Assembly (NCBI RefSeq): GCF_009914755.1
Contig: NC_060938.1
Direction: 5' to 3' (one strand)
Origin: the human T2T-CHM13v2.0 reference genome, Homo sapiens
DNA length: 64,000 nucleotides
Of the stretch, positions 16,951 through 31,794 are shown in pieces. The notes under the pieces were generated by a model. It did no database searches, was not told where the DNA came from, and saw only the letters and a program-made list of their open reading frames with translations. The translations under genes were made by a program, and so were the position numbers. The number at the start of each line of letters is the position of its first letter. The stretch's first letter is position 1.

Positions 16951-17495
16951 TGTATTAGTCAAAGTCTAGTCAGGAAAAAAGAAATCTGAATGTTTCAATT
17001 AGAAATGGTGTAATAAAAAGAAAAGAAAATAAATGATGTAATACAATGATTAATTGGTTACTGGATATTCCAAATATAAGTGCTGTAGTACAAAGACTGG
17101 TCACATGGGTGGGACAACACCTGAAAGACAAATAGGGGAATGGGAGGTAAACTGAAGGTTATTAACTCCAGGAAGGCTGAGGAACTAAAGAAAGGAGGTG
17201 TTGGAACCAGGTCCTGGGAGCAGAAGAAAGTTCCCACTTCAAAGGTTGCCACTACTTTCTGCACTGAGGTCTGAGAGGAAGGACCACGCTGTGGATGCTG
17301 GAGTGGCGGAAGCCAGGCAGATCCTTCCAGAGACACTGTCAATGAAGGAAAAGACAAAGAGTAAGTGGAAAGATTTCTCCCTCCTCCTGCCTTCTAATCT
17401 GCCCCCATGCCTCTTGCTGACAGAACCGAACAAGAAGCTGACTGGCAAAGAAAAAATGGGAAATGTAGTTTGCAGACTCCCAAGTCTCCATTTTA
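16951..17495 (-). mobile_element. Ancient LTR (LTR78/LTR33-like)
   Basis: Starts tgtattagtcaaagtctagtcagg; contains ctccctcctcctgccttctaatct...gggaaatgtagtttgcagactccc. Confidence 0.5.
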
Positions 17496-18059
17496 GTTTC
17501 TCAGAATTTGCATAGCCATATTAAATATTTTTTTTAATTTTTGTTTTTTGTTTTTTGTTTTATAGTGGTTACTCCCTATAAAACTCAGAGTGAAAATAAG
17601 CATAAATAACTCAAAAATATTTTTCACTCGTGTTGCTAAATCTTGTCTTCCTAAGTAAGGTTATGTATCCAGACCAAATTCTCATTTGTTATGACAGACT
17701 CTTAAGATAAATAAAAGATGATGTTACTGAGAGTGGAAGGGTGTGGCAGGCTGAAAGCTAAGGTGGCTAGCCCACCTGCAGACAGAAGATGGATAAGGCT
17801 GCTGTGATTCTTCACAGTCAACTCTATCCGAAATTTCTCTTACAACACAAACCCAAACAACAAAAACAGAGACCCAAGAGGAGCCAGCTTATGCTGCCAG
17901 ATAGGTCATGAAGGCCAGCAATCATCCCATCTCATCCCCAGACATGGAGGATCATGCAGTTTGAGGTGAGGGTGACAGAGCAGTGCCATTTGCTTTTCTA
18001 CCATTTTCTTTTGTCCTATATTTAATAGTTGTTTTAAAAATGAATATTTTCCTTCACTT

Positions 18060-18683
18060 AGTAACTGATATCCTTGAATGGCCAAGTCATTGGTGTCCTT
18101 GCCTTAAAAATGTACCTGGGATTTTAGTTTTATTCAAGTATTCACCATGCAACAGAACTGAAGACAATTGCCATTCAAGAGATGGTTTATTCCTGACAGT
18201 GTCCAAGAGGAGAGGGGCACATCACCCTAAGCAAAGTCACAGAAGAGAGTCTGGAGATTGGTCACGGGCAGAGGGAGTGAGCAAGAGCAAACAGAAAGCC
18301 TTCGTGGTGTTTTCCAGAGAAGGTGTGGGCAAGGCAGAGCAAGGGGACTGACCAGGAGAGTATTGACTATGTTAAATAATTTCATAGGGATCTAGCATGT
18401 AAAGCCTGGGCCTAGTTGTTTGAGACTTAGGCCTGGAGAGATTAGGGCAAAAGGATTACTGTCCCACAAGTCTAAGAGCCCAGAGAAAGCAGATAAACCA
18501 GGTGGTGGAGAAGGGGAAGAACTCTAGATTGTTTGCTTTGCATATCAAGGACATTCTCACAGGGAGTTGTTTGCTGTTTCCAGAATTTAGCTATCACTGG
18601 GAGGAGGAGCATTGATTCTGGAGGCAGCAAGTCCCTGGATGTGAAAATGTGAGATATGGAAACTAGCAAACATGATTAATGCG
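18060..18683 (-). mobile_element. MER74A-like (ERVL) solo LTR
   Basis: Collinear with the recalled MER74 reverse complement (catgcaacagaactgaa, ccaagaggagaggggcac, ttgcatatcaagg, acatgattaat). Confidence 0.7.
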
Positions 18684-20369
18684 TTGATATATTAGGGAGA
18701 ATTGATATCAACAGTAAATTAATCAAGGTGGCCCAGTTCCTAATAACCCATGGGTAATGAGAATTTATTTTTATGTTGATGTGTGTTCACACCCACTCCC
18801 TTGTCATTTAAAGCCCCTACACTATTGATGTCAATCCTTCATGTTGCTGTAGCCAACATTACAGTATTAACCATTCTCCTTATGATGCTTCCTCCTCAAC
18901 AGGCACTGCCCTCATTTATCGTTCATCCCTTTAAAGAGCAGGTGCAGGGTAAATACTGCTCCCAGCACACCATCACTAAGAGCAAACGTTAGACTGCTTC
19001 CCCTGTACAGTTTAGCAAGTAGATGTGCTTAGATTTGGTTCTAATTTGTTGGAAATGATTTACTTTTCTGGTATCTCATAACTGCTGCCATTCTTTTATT
19101 TCTCTGATACAACTTTGAGAATTCCCTAGACCTCGATGCTAAATCCGCAATGCTACCCCAAGAATAAGGAGATAGGGTGGAGATGGCTGAAGGGGTTTTG
19201 AGAAATCAGCCCAGGGCTCCATTCAAATGAGCTGTCAAGGAGCTGTTGGATAACTGCACATTTTTATTTTCTGGAGACAAGATTGGAACATTGGGAATAT
19301 GAGAAAAGAGTGCCTGATGCTTTATTTCTTTAAACTATTTGGTTGGGATGTAAGAATAACAGACAAAAGCCTCTGGGTTTAGCAGAATCATTAGCGTGAA
19401 ATAATGTACCTGACTCCAAAAATACGTCAAAAAGCAATACGGAATATAAGCCAATTCCCAGCAGTTTGAATTTATTATTTATGATGCCGGTTAAACAAGG
19501 CTAATGTGCTCTGCAAAAGTAGTTATAGCTGCTATGCAGTATTAGTGGAAATTAGTCAGATGTTACCAGCTCAATACAAAGTAAATTTGCAAAGGTTTCT
19601 GCAAATGACAGTTCGGCTGAGTTAACATGACAGTTGAGAGCATCCAAGCTGTTTCAGTATTGGCAAGTAGGTTTAGAACCAAAGTCAGCATTTATCACTG
19701 AAGGAAATAAATTAAAATAAAGTGGGGGAGGGACAGTAATGAGCTTCAGTACTTTACCCATCATGCAGGAACAGTCCCCCTCCTCCTCTCTAATCCTGGT
19801 CTTATCAGTTTCCATGAAAACTATGAGGGTCACCTTTATTTTACATTGTTTGGCTTCTTCTCTACCTAGCTTCCTCTCTTCAAATGGTGTGCCCTAGGAA
19901 TACCCTCTAGCATGTGTTCTGCCCTACAGGCCTGCAATTATGTCAGCTTAATGTTTCCCAAGGAAATGGGGCAAGAGGATCTTGTACTGGGCTGATTAGT
20001 AAAATTATTATGCTAATGAAAATACATATAATCATAATTCTTATTTTTAATTCATAAACACTATCTCATAAATACATTAATGATGTATTGTATAAAAAGG
20101 CTTAAGGCAATAAAATATTGGCTTATTTAGAAAACTTACACCACATTTCAAGCACCAAAGAATAAACATATTTTCAGAAGTTCCACTTACATTTCTCAAT
20201 CTGGGCAAGAAAATATTAGTCTGTCTGTTTAAAACTTTCTGTTAAGAAGAAGCCATACTGATTTAGGGGGGCTTTGAATAATGCTTGAGCATTGAGGAAG
20301 GAATCAGTATCCTTCCAGTGGAAGGATGAGCTTCAGGAAATTCATTTTCAGATTGGATTTGAGTAATTC

Positions 20370-20443
20370 CTGCCCCTCCCCTCCCTCCCCTTCCCCTTCC
20401 CTCTCTTCCCGTCCCCTTCCCATCTCTCCCCTTTTTTTCCTTT
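20370..20443. repeat. CT-rich polypyrimidine low-complexity tract
   Basis: cccctccccctccctccccttccccttccctctcttccc visible. Confidence 0.85.
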
Positions 20444-21211
20444 AATGGGCATGTGCAGTGCACTTACTAAACATAAATTCTCCTCCTTTGTGTAAAAACG
20501 AAGCAATGGTGCATTCCCCATTGATCTTACCTCAAATTATTGGATGGGTAAATCATAAGAGCTTTAAAAATGCTTTGTACATTTCAGAGAGTATAAAAAT
20601 TACTGGTTTAATTCTCATTATGAATTTTACATTTGGAATATAGGACTCCATAATCTGTATGCAAATGTATGTGAATTAGATGCATGTACAAATTAGAATC
20701 AAGAGTCCAGGCTCTTAAAACAAACATAAGGCTGTTCAAGTGACATTCATGACAATTAGCTTTCTTTTCCTTTAACTGTTCAATGTCTGTCACTACTATT
20801 CTGAAATAACTAAATTCATTATTCTATTTCAGTTCCTATTTCTCTATGAAGATTATTGCCCTGGTCTCCGAACTATTAGAGCTATTCTGAAAATTGTTCA
20901 TAATTTGAAAACGTATCTTGACCATAGAAACAAATAATACAAAATTTCAGATACTTTGATAGTAAAATAATTTTGAACACCATCCAATTTTATCTTTAAA
21001 ACATCTACTATGACACTTGTTTCAAATAGTATACACAGTAGTATATACACTTTTAATTATTTCTACAGCTGTCATCTTACCTGAGTTTTGCCACTATCTT
21101 TAAAATATTTGAAGCAGGAATAATTATCACTGTATTGTATTTAAATAAACAAAGACCCAGAGGCAAGAAGTGGCATGCCCTGGGTTACCTAGGAAATAAC
21201 TAACAGTTATA

Positions 21212-22057
21212 TACATTCATTTTCTGGGCCTGCTGTAATAACCACAAATTGGGTTGTTTAAACAGAAATTTATTGTCTCTCAGTGTGGAGGCCAGAAATT
21301 TGCAATCAAATTGTTGGCAGGGTTATATTGAGAGGTGACGCCAGCTGGACTTCCTGGGTCGAGTAGGGACTTGGAGAAATTTTCTGTCTTACAAGAGGAT
21401 TGTAAAACCCACCAATCAGTTCTCTGTAAAATGCAGCAATCAGTAGGATTCTAAAAGTAGACAATCGTGGGGAGGATTGAAGAAAAGGGCACTCTGATAG
21501 GACAGAAACGCAACATGGGAGAAGACAATAAGGGAATAAAAGCTGGCCACCCCAGCCAGCAGTGGCAGCCTGCTCGGGTCCCCTTCCACACTGTGGAAGC
21601 TTTGTCCTTTCACTCTTCACAATAAACCTTGCTACCACTTATTCTTCGGGTCCATGCCATCTTTAAGAGCTGTAACACTCACCGCAAAGGTCTGCGGCTC
21701 CATTCTTGAAGTCAGCGAGACCACGAACCCACCGGCAGGAACCAATTGTGGACACAATATCCTTCTGTGGGGTGTGAGGGAAGGATCCGTTCCATGGCTG
21801 TCTCCTTGGCTGACAAGCTGGCTCTCTCCTTGGCTCTCTTCATGTTCAAATGGCATGCTTCCTGCAGGGAAGCCTGTGTCCAAATGTTTATTTCTTATGA
21901 GGACACCATCATATTGGATTTGGATCTGTCCTAATGATCTCACTTTAACTTTATTACCTCCATATATATCTTATCCATAAATAAGGTCTCATTCTGAGGT
22001 GGGAGGGATTAGACTTCCAAATATAAATTTTGGGGAAACACAATTCAACCCATGACA
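21212..22057 (-). mobile_element. MLT1C-like MaLR LTR, split by LTR12F
   Basis: aaacagaaatttattgtctctcagtgtggaggccag on the left and ataaggtctcattctgagg...cacaattcaacccatgaca on the right. Confidence 0.8.
21329..21756 (+). mobile_element. LTR12F (ERV9) solo LTR
   Basis: tgagaggtgacgccagctggacttcctgggtcgag...ggacaca; TG/CA ends; 4-bp TSD atat; CCAAT box accaatcag. Confidence 0.9.
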
Positions 22058-24130
22058 GTATGAAAACCCACATCCTTTGATATACTACTCAATACCTTGA
22101 ATACCAAGCCACAACGCTGCTAAGGAAAGATGGGTAAAGATGAAAAAGTGTTAGCAGGGTGAATCAAAAGAGACCTTAATGATATGAAAATGGAGCAAAG
22201 TGGGTAATCATGGGAAACATAAAAAAAAATCAAGTACCTACCATAGATTGCGTGCAATTTGCAAAATTACCCCAAGATGGATCTAAATGTATTAATATAC
22301 AACTTTTCTTTTATCCTTTGATGGGATTAACTACAACCAAAGTGAAGTTTAGGACGGAGTAAGAAAGCCCTTGCCTACTCTGTTTAGTTTATGGTAATAA
22401 ATTCCAATTATTTTGAATTGACATTGTTCTGCACAGCCTGAGGTTGACTCCAAGAACTTCTTTCTCTGCTCTGTTAAGGTACCAAAGACAAATGACTATG
22501 CTAAATTCTTTGGCATAGCTCCATTTATTTAAACCTCATCTATGCTTTTCTTTTTCTCTTTGCAGGCCCTATGGGAAAAGAAAATACACACTGACCAAAT
22601 GCTGAGCCTGTTATGAATTCTGTGATTTCAAAAGAGAAGTGAGCTAAGCCTGAGATTAAGCTTCTCTGTTTTAGGGGACTCTGTTGATAAATTATCCTAA
22701 TAGGAATGGATACCAACTTTTTGTGTGTGTAAACTTGTGAGAGGTCATGGTCCGCCCCTCCACCCAGCTTTTTTCTCACCTATCTCCTTGGAAGTCCAAC
22801 CCCATAAAATACTGAAACTATTAATTCACAAGACATGTGCACAGATCTTGTTTAGTTCTGCCCCTAATCTTGCTTTCATAAATATTTGAAAATTGCAGCT
22901 AAAGCCAAATTGTGCTTCTCACATAATGGAACTGCAGGCTAGTATAGCAGCGCAATCCTTTAAAGTTCCTGGAGGGGGGAAGTGAGAGATGATGAGATTT
23001 GGGGACAGTTTATGTGAGCAATTTGTTATGCATGCAGGAGGAATGGCGACTTGATGACAGATTCACTTCTTGGTCCTGAACCTTAATTAACAAGGCCCTC
23101 TGAGTAACATGCGGAGAAACAATAGGAAAATTCTTCTGAGCATTTCACAGATTATTCACTTATAATCTTTGGGGATTTATTTTATTATTATTTTTCTTTC
23201 TTTGTGAGCTGCAGCTTTGTTGCCTTGACATCCACACTCAAGAGTTATTGGTATCAAACCAAGCTATATAAAAAGCTATCAAGCACTTCTCAGATTTTCC
23301 ACAGTTCAAAGCAGTGTTGGCAGCCTGCCAGCCATGAAAGATGAGCTGCACCCCAATGTGATGAGTGTGGCTGCACGTGCAAAAGGGAGCTTGGGGGTGA
23401 GGTAGGAAAGGCTGCCAACTTAGAGAACCCCACAGGGGAGAAAGCTGGATCCATCCCCATAGACCTGAGGGTCAATTCTGCCCCTGCAGGGAGCAAACGA
23501 AACTAATAATGTTGACTAGGTACAACCATCATAGAAATATTACATTCTTGGAAAATAATTTTTTAAAAGAGAAGAATCCAGCTATATTAACCAGAAAAAT
23601 ATCGGCGAGGATTTTATTTATTTTGGCCCCAGATACACCGGAGACCTTAGGTCTGGGAATCTGCTGAGACCAAAACACCAATGTGTAGGACCTGAGGTGA
23701 TAATATTCTTCTTACAGACAGATGATATAAAATTAGGAATTTCTAAGAAATCTTGGAACATTCTATTATCCCTGATTTTGCCTGTGCACAAGCTTCAACT
23801 TTACTTTTTAATTTTTGTTCAGTCTTTTCCAATCCCAGTTGGTAAATGGAGGTGAAACCATGAGGCACATTTTAGTTTGTTTTAATCTTTCCAAAACTCA
23901 GTGATGCTTGGAGTCATTTTCAGGTAGCATGGTTGGCCGTGTTGTTGCAAATTAGGACATTAAGACCCAGAGACATTCTGTTCTTATCAAAGCCCGCGTA
24001 GCTAGCAAACACCAGAACTGAAACCCAAATTTCTACAATCACCAGTCACCCTCTGATCCAGGAATATATCATCCACTGAGTAACAGCATATTCACTTGTA
24101 AATGCAAACATCATATAAAGCTATGTAGAG

Positions 24131-24457
24131 CAGCAGTCCCCAACTTTTTTTGGCACCAAAGAGCAGTTTCATGAAAAACAATTTTTCTACGGACTACAGG
24201 GTGTGGGGAGATGGTTTTGGGATGAAACTGTTCCAGCTCAGATCAACAGGCATTAGATTCTCATAAGGAGCTCACAACCTAGATCCCTCACCTGCACAGT
24301 TCACAATAGGGTTCACACTCCTATGAGAATCAAATGCTGCCACTGATCTGACAGGAGGTTGAGCTAAGGCAGTAATGCTTGCTTGCCTGCCACTAACCTC
24401 CTGCTGTGTGGCCCAGTTCCTAACACGCCCTAGACCAGTAGCCGTTGGGGGCCCCTG
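24131..24457 (+). mobile_element. MER1B hAT-Charlie MITE
   Basis: Terminal inverted repeats cagcagtccccaac / gttgggggcccctg; 8-bp TSD atgtagag/atgtagaa. Confidence 0.92.
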
Positions 24458-24469
24458 ATGTAGAAGACT

Positions 24470-25190
<721 letters not shown>

Positions 25191-26467
25191 ACTTGCATAT
25201 TTATCACGTACTACATCTATCAATGAGCCCAGAATCCAAAGATCTCGCAACAGAAAGAAAAACCCAGTTGGATCTTTGTTTCCTGTTCCAGATATAGCTT
25301 TACCTACGACAAGAGAATTGCTACTTTCTTTTCAAAGTACTTTATGCTACCATGATATTTTAAGAATAATGCAATTTGATTGGAGGACAGACTTGTATAA
25401 AAGCAATTGAGAATAAAATGAATATCTACTTCTAAATTCTACCAACCAGAAATAACTACTGTTTATATTTTGGTAAATACAATTGTATATACATATATGT
25501 TTACAAAATAAAACAGTTTCATATATTGTTTTATAACCTTTTTTATTTAATATGTTATGAGCATTCTCAAGAGTCTTCAGATATTATTTTGTAATATTAT
25601 ATTTGCAATGGCAGAGAGTTTCACCTGATCTATATACAGAATTATAGTCAGTATTATAGGACATTATTTTTTCTATTTTCTGCTAACATCAACATCCTTA
25701 AACTTACAAAATGTTCTTATTTATATTCCTAATAGAGGTAAATAAAAGTGCCAACAGCTTCACTGCAACTAGCATTGCATCCTAATAAATTTGTTAATTT
25801 GCTAGTAGAAAATAGTATTTTAACACCTTCAAACATATTTTTTCCTTACTCAGTGATCTCCCTTTTATATGACTATCATAAGTGTTGCAGCCTCCTTGTT
25901 TGAGAATGGGTAAAACTTTGTTGTGAACTTTTCAACTTACGTTTCTTCGTGTTTGAAAAATATTCCCAGCAGCTGTCTGTGAATTCCATCTTAAGCAGCT
26001 GCTGGTTTGGGGTGGATAATGGGGCAGTAAGAATGTGCCAAAGGACTGAAGAAGTAAGAAGATAGGACTTTCTGAGGTGTTGGGAATTGAACTTCAACAA
26101 GATATTTCTTGTGGGTTTTTTAATGTGTGGGAGAAAGACTTTTAACATGTGACCTTCCCATAATATCTAAATCAACAATATCCTGTCTGTTTCTAGGTTT
26201 AAAAGCAAAGCTGCTTAAAAAAATGCAATAGAGCTGTATATGAATCTGTCTTTATTTAATCTCTGGTTTCCCCTGTTAGGAACACTGCACTATGACTTTC
26301 ATAGTTCTTAAAGGGTTATAAGCTTAATATTTGCCAGGAAAGCTTGAGTGGTTTCAGAAACTTGAGAGAGAGAGAAAAAAATCTCTTTTGAGCATATGTA
26401 CAGTCTAGCATCTCATTTCCAACTTGTAAGCCAACTAACCATAATGTCAGAAGAAAATTGCTGTAGT

Positions 26468-26596
26468 GAAAAAAAAAAGGAGGAGAAGAAAAAAATAGAA
26501 AGAGAGAGAGAAGGAAGGGGGAGAAGAAGGAGGAAGGGTTTAAGAAATAAAGAAAGGAAAAGAAAAAAGGAAGAAAGGAAAGAGGAAGGAAGGAGC
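26468..26596. repeat. GA-rich polypurine low-complexity tract
   Basis: Directly visible. Confidence 0.9.
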
Positions 26597-27862
26597 TAAA
26601 TTTAGTGGCAGACTACATGCACTACAGCATAATGTGGAATTCCACTAGAAGCAATTTCTATCATCACTTACATCCCAGGATAATAAATATTTTAAATGGG
26701 AAGGAAGAAGGTTTATACGAGTTATGCCTATTTCTGTGAATTTTGCTATTATTTTATTACTGACATTGTTTCTTGGTGTGCTTGGTATACATGATTTATT
26801 CCATGATTTAGGCTAATGAGTTTGCTCTCCAGACAGATTCAGCTACACAAGTCTCTGCTAATGCAGTCCAGTGTCTTCTACTTGCTTTCTTGTTAAGATG
26901 TAGACATCTGTTCAACCCCATTCTGGACAAACAAAGACTAAACAATATACTTTCTGACAGACCACTGCTACACTTTTTCCCACTGAATCCACAGTTCTGG
27001 ATACATAGAACAAATGAATCCAACTCTCATTCCATATGCTAGCTGTCACCTTCAGAATATGTCTCCTCACAGCTACTTTCCTCATCTCGTTTCTCCAGTC
27101 ACTCAAACCAGCATTGATTTCAGCTCTTCCGCTATCTGGATCAAAGGAGAACCAATAGCACTGTTTCAGTTCTCACAGTCCTCGTAGACATATTATTTTT
27201 TGCCTGGAGAAAATTTTTCCATCTGACACATTTATTCAGGGTTTGTCAATGAGCACTTGCATGATACCTAGACTGAAGTAGATGAATCGTGTATCCTTTC
27301 AGAAGTCAGTTTTGATCACTTCCTTTCTATAGCCCAAGCAAAGTTGAGTTATCAGCAAATTGAAAAATATGAGATGAGGAGTAAGGAGATATGGATCTTT
27401 ACCCTTAATATACTCAATAAGCCAATCACTATTGTACCAAGAAGCGCAGTAAAGCCCACAATGAAGTATGGGTAACTCCAGCACACATCAACCAACAGAA
27501 ACACAGAATTAAAACAATGTTAAAATGCTTATCATTAGTGACAGTTGGCTATGTTCCAGTACTTTAGATACAGTGCATTATTTTGTTAATTTCACAGACA
27601 GTTATTGCAAGGCTACAATGTATCGTATACTTTAAACATGCTAGAAATATAGCCATAAATAGCACCCAAATCAGAAAAATATTATTATTACACTCATATT
27701 ACAGATTGATAAATTTAGGTTTATAAATTTGGATTGTTTGCCCCATGTCTATCATAAGTATCAATCAGCAGAAGAACTGAAGCAAGCTAACTGATTCTTC
27801 AGTATGGCATGTATCATGATGTACCAACACTCGGAACTGAAGAATCGGTTTCTACACATAGC

Positions 27863-28201
<339 letters not shown>

Positions 28202-28204
28202 TAA

Positions 28205-28542
<338 letters not shown>

Positions 28543-29899
28543 TATTCTACACTTCTTTTCCTTTGCCTTTTTCTCTTCTTCCATTTTCTTCCTTTTTTTT
28601 TTTTTTTTTTTTTTAACCACTGCATTCTTTTTATCTCCTGGTATTTTCTTTGCGGTAAGAAAAGCATTATTAGTTATTTTCTTTAAGGAACATGAACAAA
28701 TGAGACTTAGACTGCAGAGTATTTGCCTCTGTGTTAAAATACTCACTATTAAACTGTCTCTATTTTCAGTACAATGTAAATAGTTACTGGAGTTTGGTAT
28801 GGAAGAGCATCATATTAGCATGTGGAGTTGCAAAGCATTACAAATCAAGTAGGCAGGAATGCATGGTGTAAAACCAGGGGTCCACAGGCAGGGGAGTAAA
28901 GGTAATTCCCTAATTGTACAGAGAAACAGAGATACGTTGACTTTGCTGAAGTGTTAGTATTTTAAGCACAGTAGAGATTTGTTTCTGCAAGTAGACACAA
29001 CAAAACTCTCCAGTATTCCAAACGATTGAGACAAATATCTTATACAACCCATAAATCAAGGGCCATGTTTATGTTCTCTGAAACATTCTGCTACAGTTTC
29101 CTTCTTGAATGATAAGCTTCTACAAGAGTGTTAGATGTGAACTAAAAAACAAGAATGCTCTTTGTTTTGGTTAGACAGTCACCATTTTTGAAATAGAATG
29201 TGCCTTGCTGTTCTAGGAACTGTTTTTTTAAATGATTTCTTAGAAAACGTGATAAATGGTTTTTCTCAAGATGTGGAAATGTGCTCCAGAAGGAGCAGAC
29301 GGGAGAAGGAGTTATGAAGGAAATAAAAAGCAGAGCTTCAGTTTCATGATTTAAAAAGCGGAAATCAGAATGTCACTGTTACAGGGGCATAACTGCTTTT
29401 TTGCTTTTAATTCAGGTGCTACTTGGATTCTGTAAACTTGGTTTGCTGATAAATAGTGTGGGTGTCCTTTCTTTATAGTTGTTTACAAGATCAATGAATA
29501 AAAGTAATTTTACATACTTATATTTTACATAACTATCTAATAAAAGTAAAATTGAAAGAAATACACACACAATTCCATCATCTGGATTAGTAAAGAAACT
29601 ATGCTATAAGCCTTCATTATATCGATGTTGGTTCTACTGTACATGTAACATAATAGCATGATGTACTCAGGGTGTCAGATCACTACCTAGATATGTGTAA
29701 AGCATATAATGGACCATGGGCTACATCTCACTTGGATTTACAGGAAGATAGCATGAATATGAAGGATTTATTTTTAACTTCGTATAGTTAGTACTTGATC
29801 ATATCCTGAAGTGTTGTTCCTGAGTTATGTGCTTGATTTCAATTTCTTTTTCAAAAAAATTCATTTAGTTATTTGAAGCTACAAAGAATAGCAGTTAAG

Positions 29900-30075
29900 A
29901 GGACAAGCTTTAAAATCAGTTACATGTGTTTAAAAATTTTGAAATTTTCTCTCAGGACTGGCATCTTTATGTCCTTGTCAGTTTCTCTATCACTGATTTA
30001 AGCCTTCTGATTTGTAAAATGAAATACTACTTAAATGACAGGGCTACTAATAGAGTTGAATGAGTTAGCAAACAT
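29900..30075 (+). mobile_element. MIR fragment
   Basis: gcagttaagaggacaagctttaaaatcag...tttgtaaaatgaaatactact. Confidence 0.5.
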
Positions 30076-31352
30076 CAGCATCAATCACAGATGTCATCTG
30101 GAAACTCCCTTCTCTTCTGAGATTTAAGTATACTTGGTTCAAGTTCATAACTACTTTAACTGTGAGAATGGGAAAATCCTTGGGTAATTCCAGAACATTC
30201 CTGGTCACTTAGTCCTTCATGGCCCTCACTTTTCAGCTGCTTCATTCTTACGAGCTTTCTCAGATTTATTCTTGGTCAGATGGGTCCCAAGCTCATTTTC
30301 TTCCTCACATGTAATTCTACTCAAAAAAAGTATTTTAACAAATTTAATAACGGATTATGTTTCTTAGACAATTTTGCCAGTTTCTGTAAACATGGCTATA
30401 TTCTCTTTTACACCTAGGAAATAGCAGATTAAAAATCCTTTCTTGCCTTAGGCAATACAATTTTACTCCTGGGCAGGCTCCCCAGATTCTGCCCCGAATT
30501 CTTAGTCAGGAATGTTTTCGGCAATTTACATAGACAGCTATCTAAGAAGAGTTCATTTTACTAAACAAATAAAATATGCTGTACTTTTTGTACTATAAAT
30601 ATTTTAATTTTTGTTGAGTTGGTAGAAATGATTCCTGTCTATTACTGATAGCATGTAAATATGGAAATAATGCACTCAACACACTTGTCCTCATGGCCCA
30701 CAGAAAGTTTGTGCTCTACTCTGTTTATCCCCATTCACTCACTGTTTATTGAACACTCCCTGTGTATCTAGCACTGTTCAAGATATCGTAGAGACGGTTT
30801 GTGGCTCTCAAGGTGTATCTTTTATTGGTTGTCTAGGAGGACTACTTCCAGGGTTTATGTTTAGGAATTTAATATTTTTTATAAGGCATAAAGCTGATAC
30901 TTTGCTATCTATCTGTCCTGTTCATTTTGTGTTTCTATTTAGTTCAATAATTGGGTGGGTTATAATAGCCTAATTTAGGTGATACCCTAAACCCCAACAT
31001 TATTATTATTGTTAATATTTGACAACATGTATGTTTCATTTCTCAGAGCTCAGTGTCTTTTGACCTCAAATTACTTTTTTTTTCAACTTAAGACATGTTT
31101 TAAAGTACAGTTATTAGCTCACAAACAGCCAGTAGGCTTTTTCAGCTCCCATCACTGAGCTTTTGCATAAACTAGGACAGAGATCCTGCTTTTCTTCAGC
31201 ATAAAGTAAGAAACTGCTACTTATCGCCTTCAGCTGGCCTCAGCTGCAATATTTTTTGTCTACTCACATCAAACTTTTATATGCGGTTATTTTAAATAGA
31301 TTTGTTTGAAGTGTGAATGTATGCTGTTAGAGAACACTTTTTTATTACAGGC

Positions 31353-31794
31353 TGGTATAGTTTGGATATCTGTCCCATCCCAAATCTCATGTCAAATTGT
31401 AATCTCCAATATTGGAGGTCAGACCTCATGGGAGGTGGATTCCTCATGGGAGGTGGATTCCTCATGGGAGGTGGATTCCTCATGAATGGTTTAGCGCCAG
31501 CCTTTTGTGCTGTTCTCATGATAGGGAATTAATTTTCATGAGATCTAGTCATTTAAAAGTGTGTAGTGCCCCCCCACCACCTTGCTTCTGCTTCTGCCAT
31601 GTGAGATGCCTGATCCCTCTTTGCCTTCCACCATGATTCTAAATTTCCTGAGGCGCCCCCCCAGAAGCCAAACAGATGGCAGCATCATGCTCCCTGTGTA
31701 GCCTGTGGAACCGTGACTCAATTAAACCTCTTTCCTTTATAAATTACCCAGTATCCGGTATTTCTTTATAGCAATGTAAGAACAGGCTAATACC
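31353..31794 (+). mobile_element. MSTB MaLR solo LTR
   Basis: cccaaatctcatgtcaaattgtaatctcc...ctcatgaatggtttagc...aattaaacctcttt...tttctttatagcaatg. Confidence 0.9.
31424..31484. repeat. 18-bp minisatellite (cctcatgggaggtggatt) x3.4
   Basis: Three perfect units plus cctcatg. Confidence 0.97.

Noticed and set aside
26396-26599. K/E/R-rich ORF
   Set aside because: Translation of a GA-rich low-complexity tract.
31292-31636. ORFs with repeated MRNPPP / MGGGFL / PHGRWI motifs, and a superficially CRISPR-like repeat
   Set aside because: They translate the 18-bp tandem repeat inside the MSTB LTR; there are no spacers and no cas genes.
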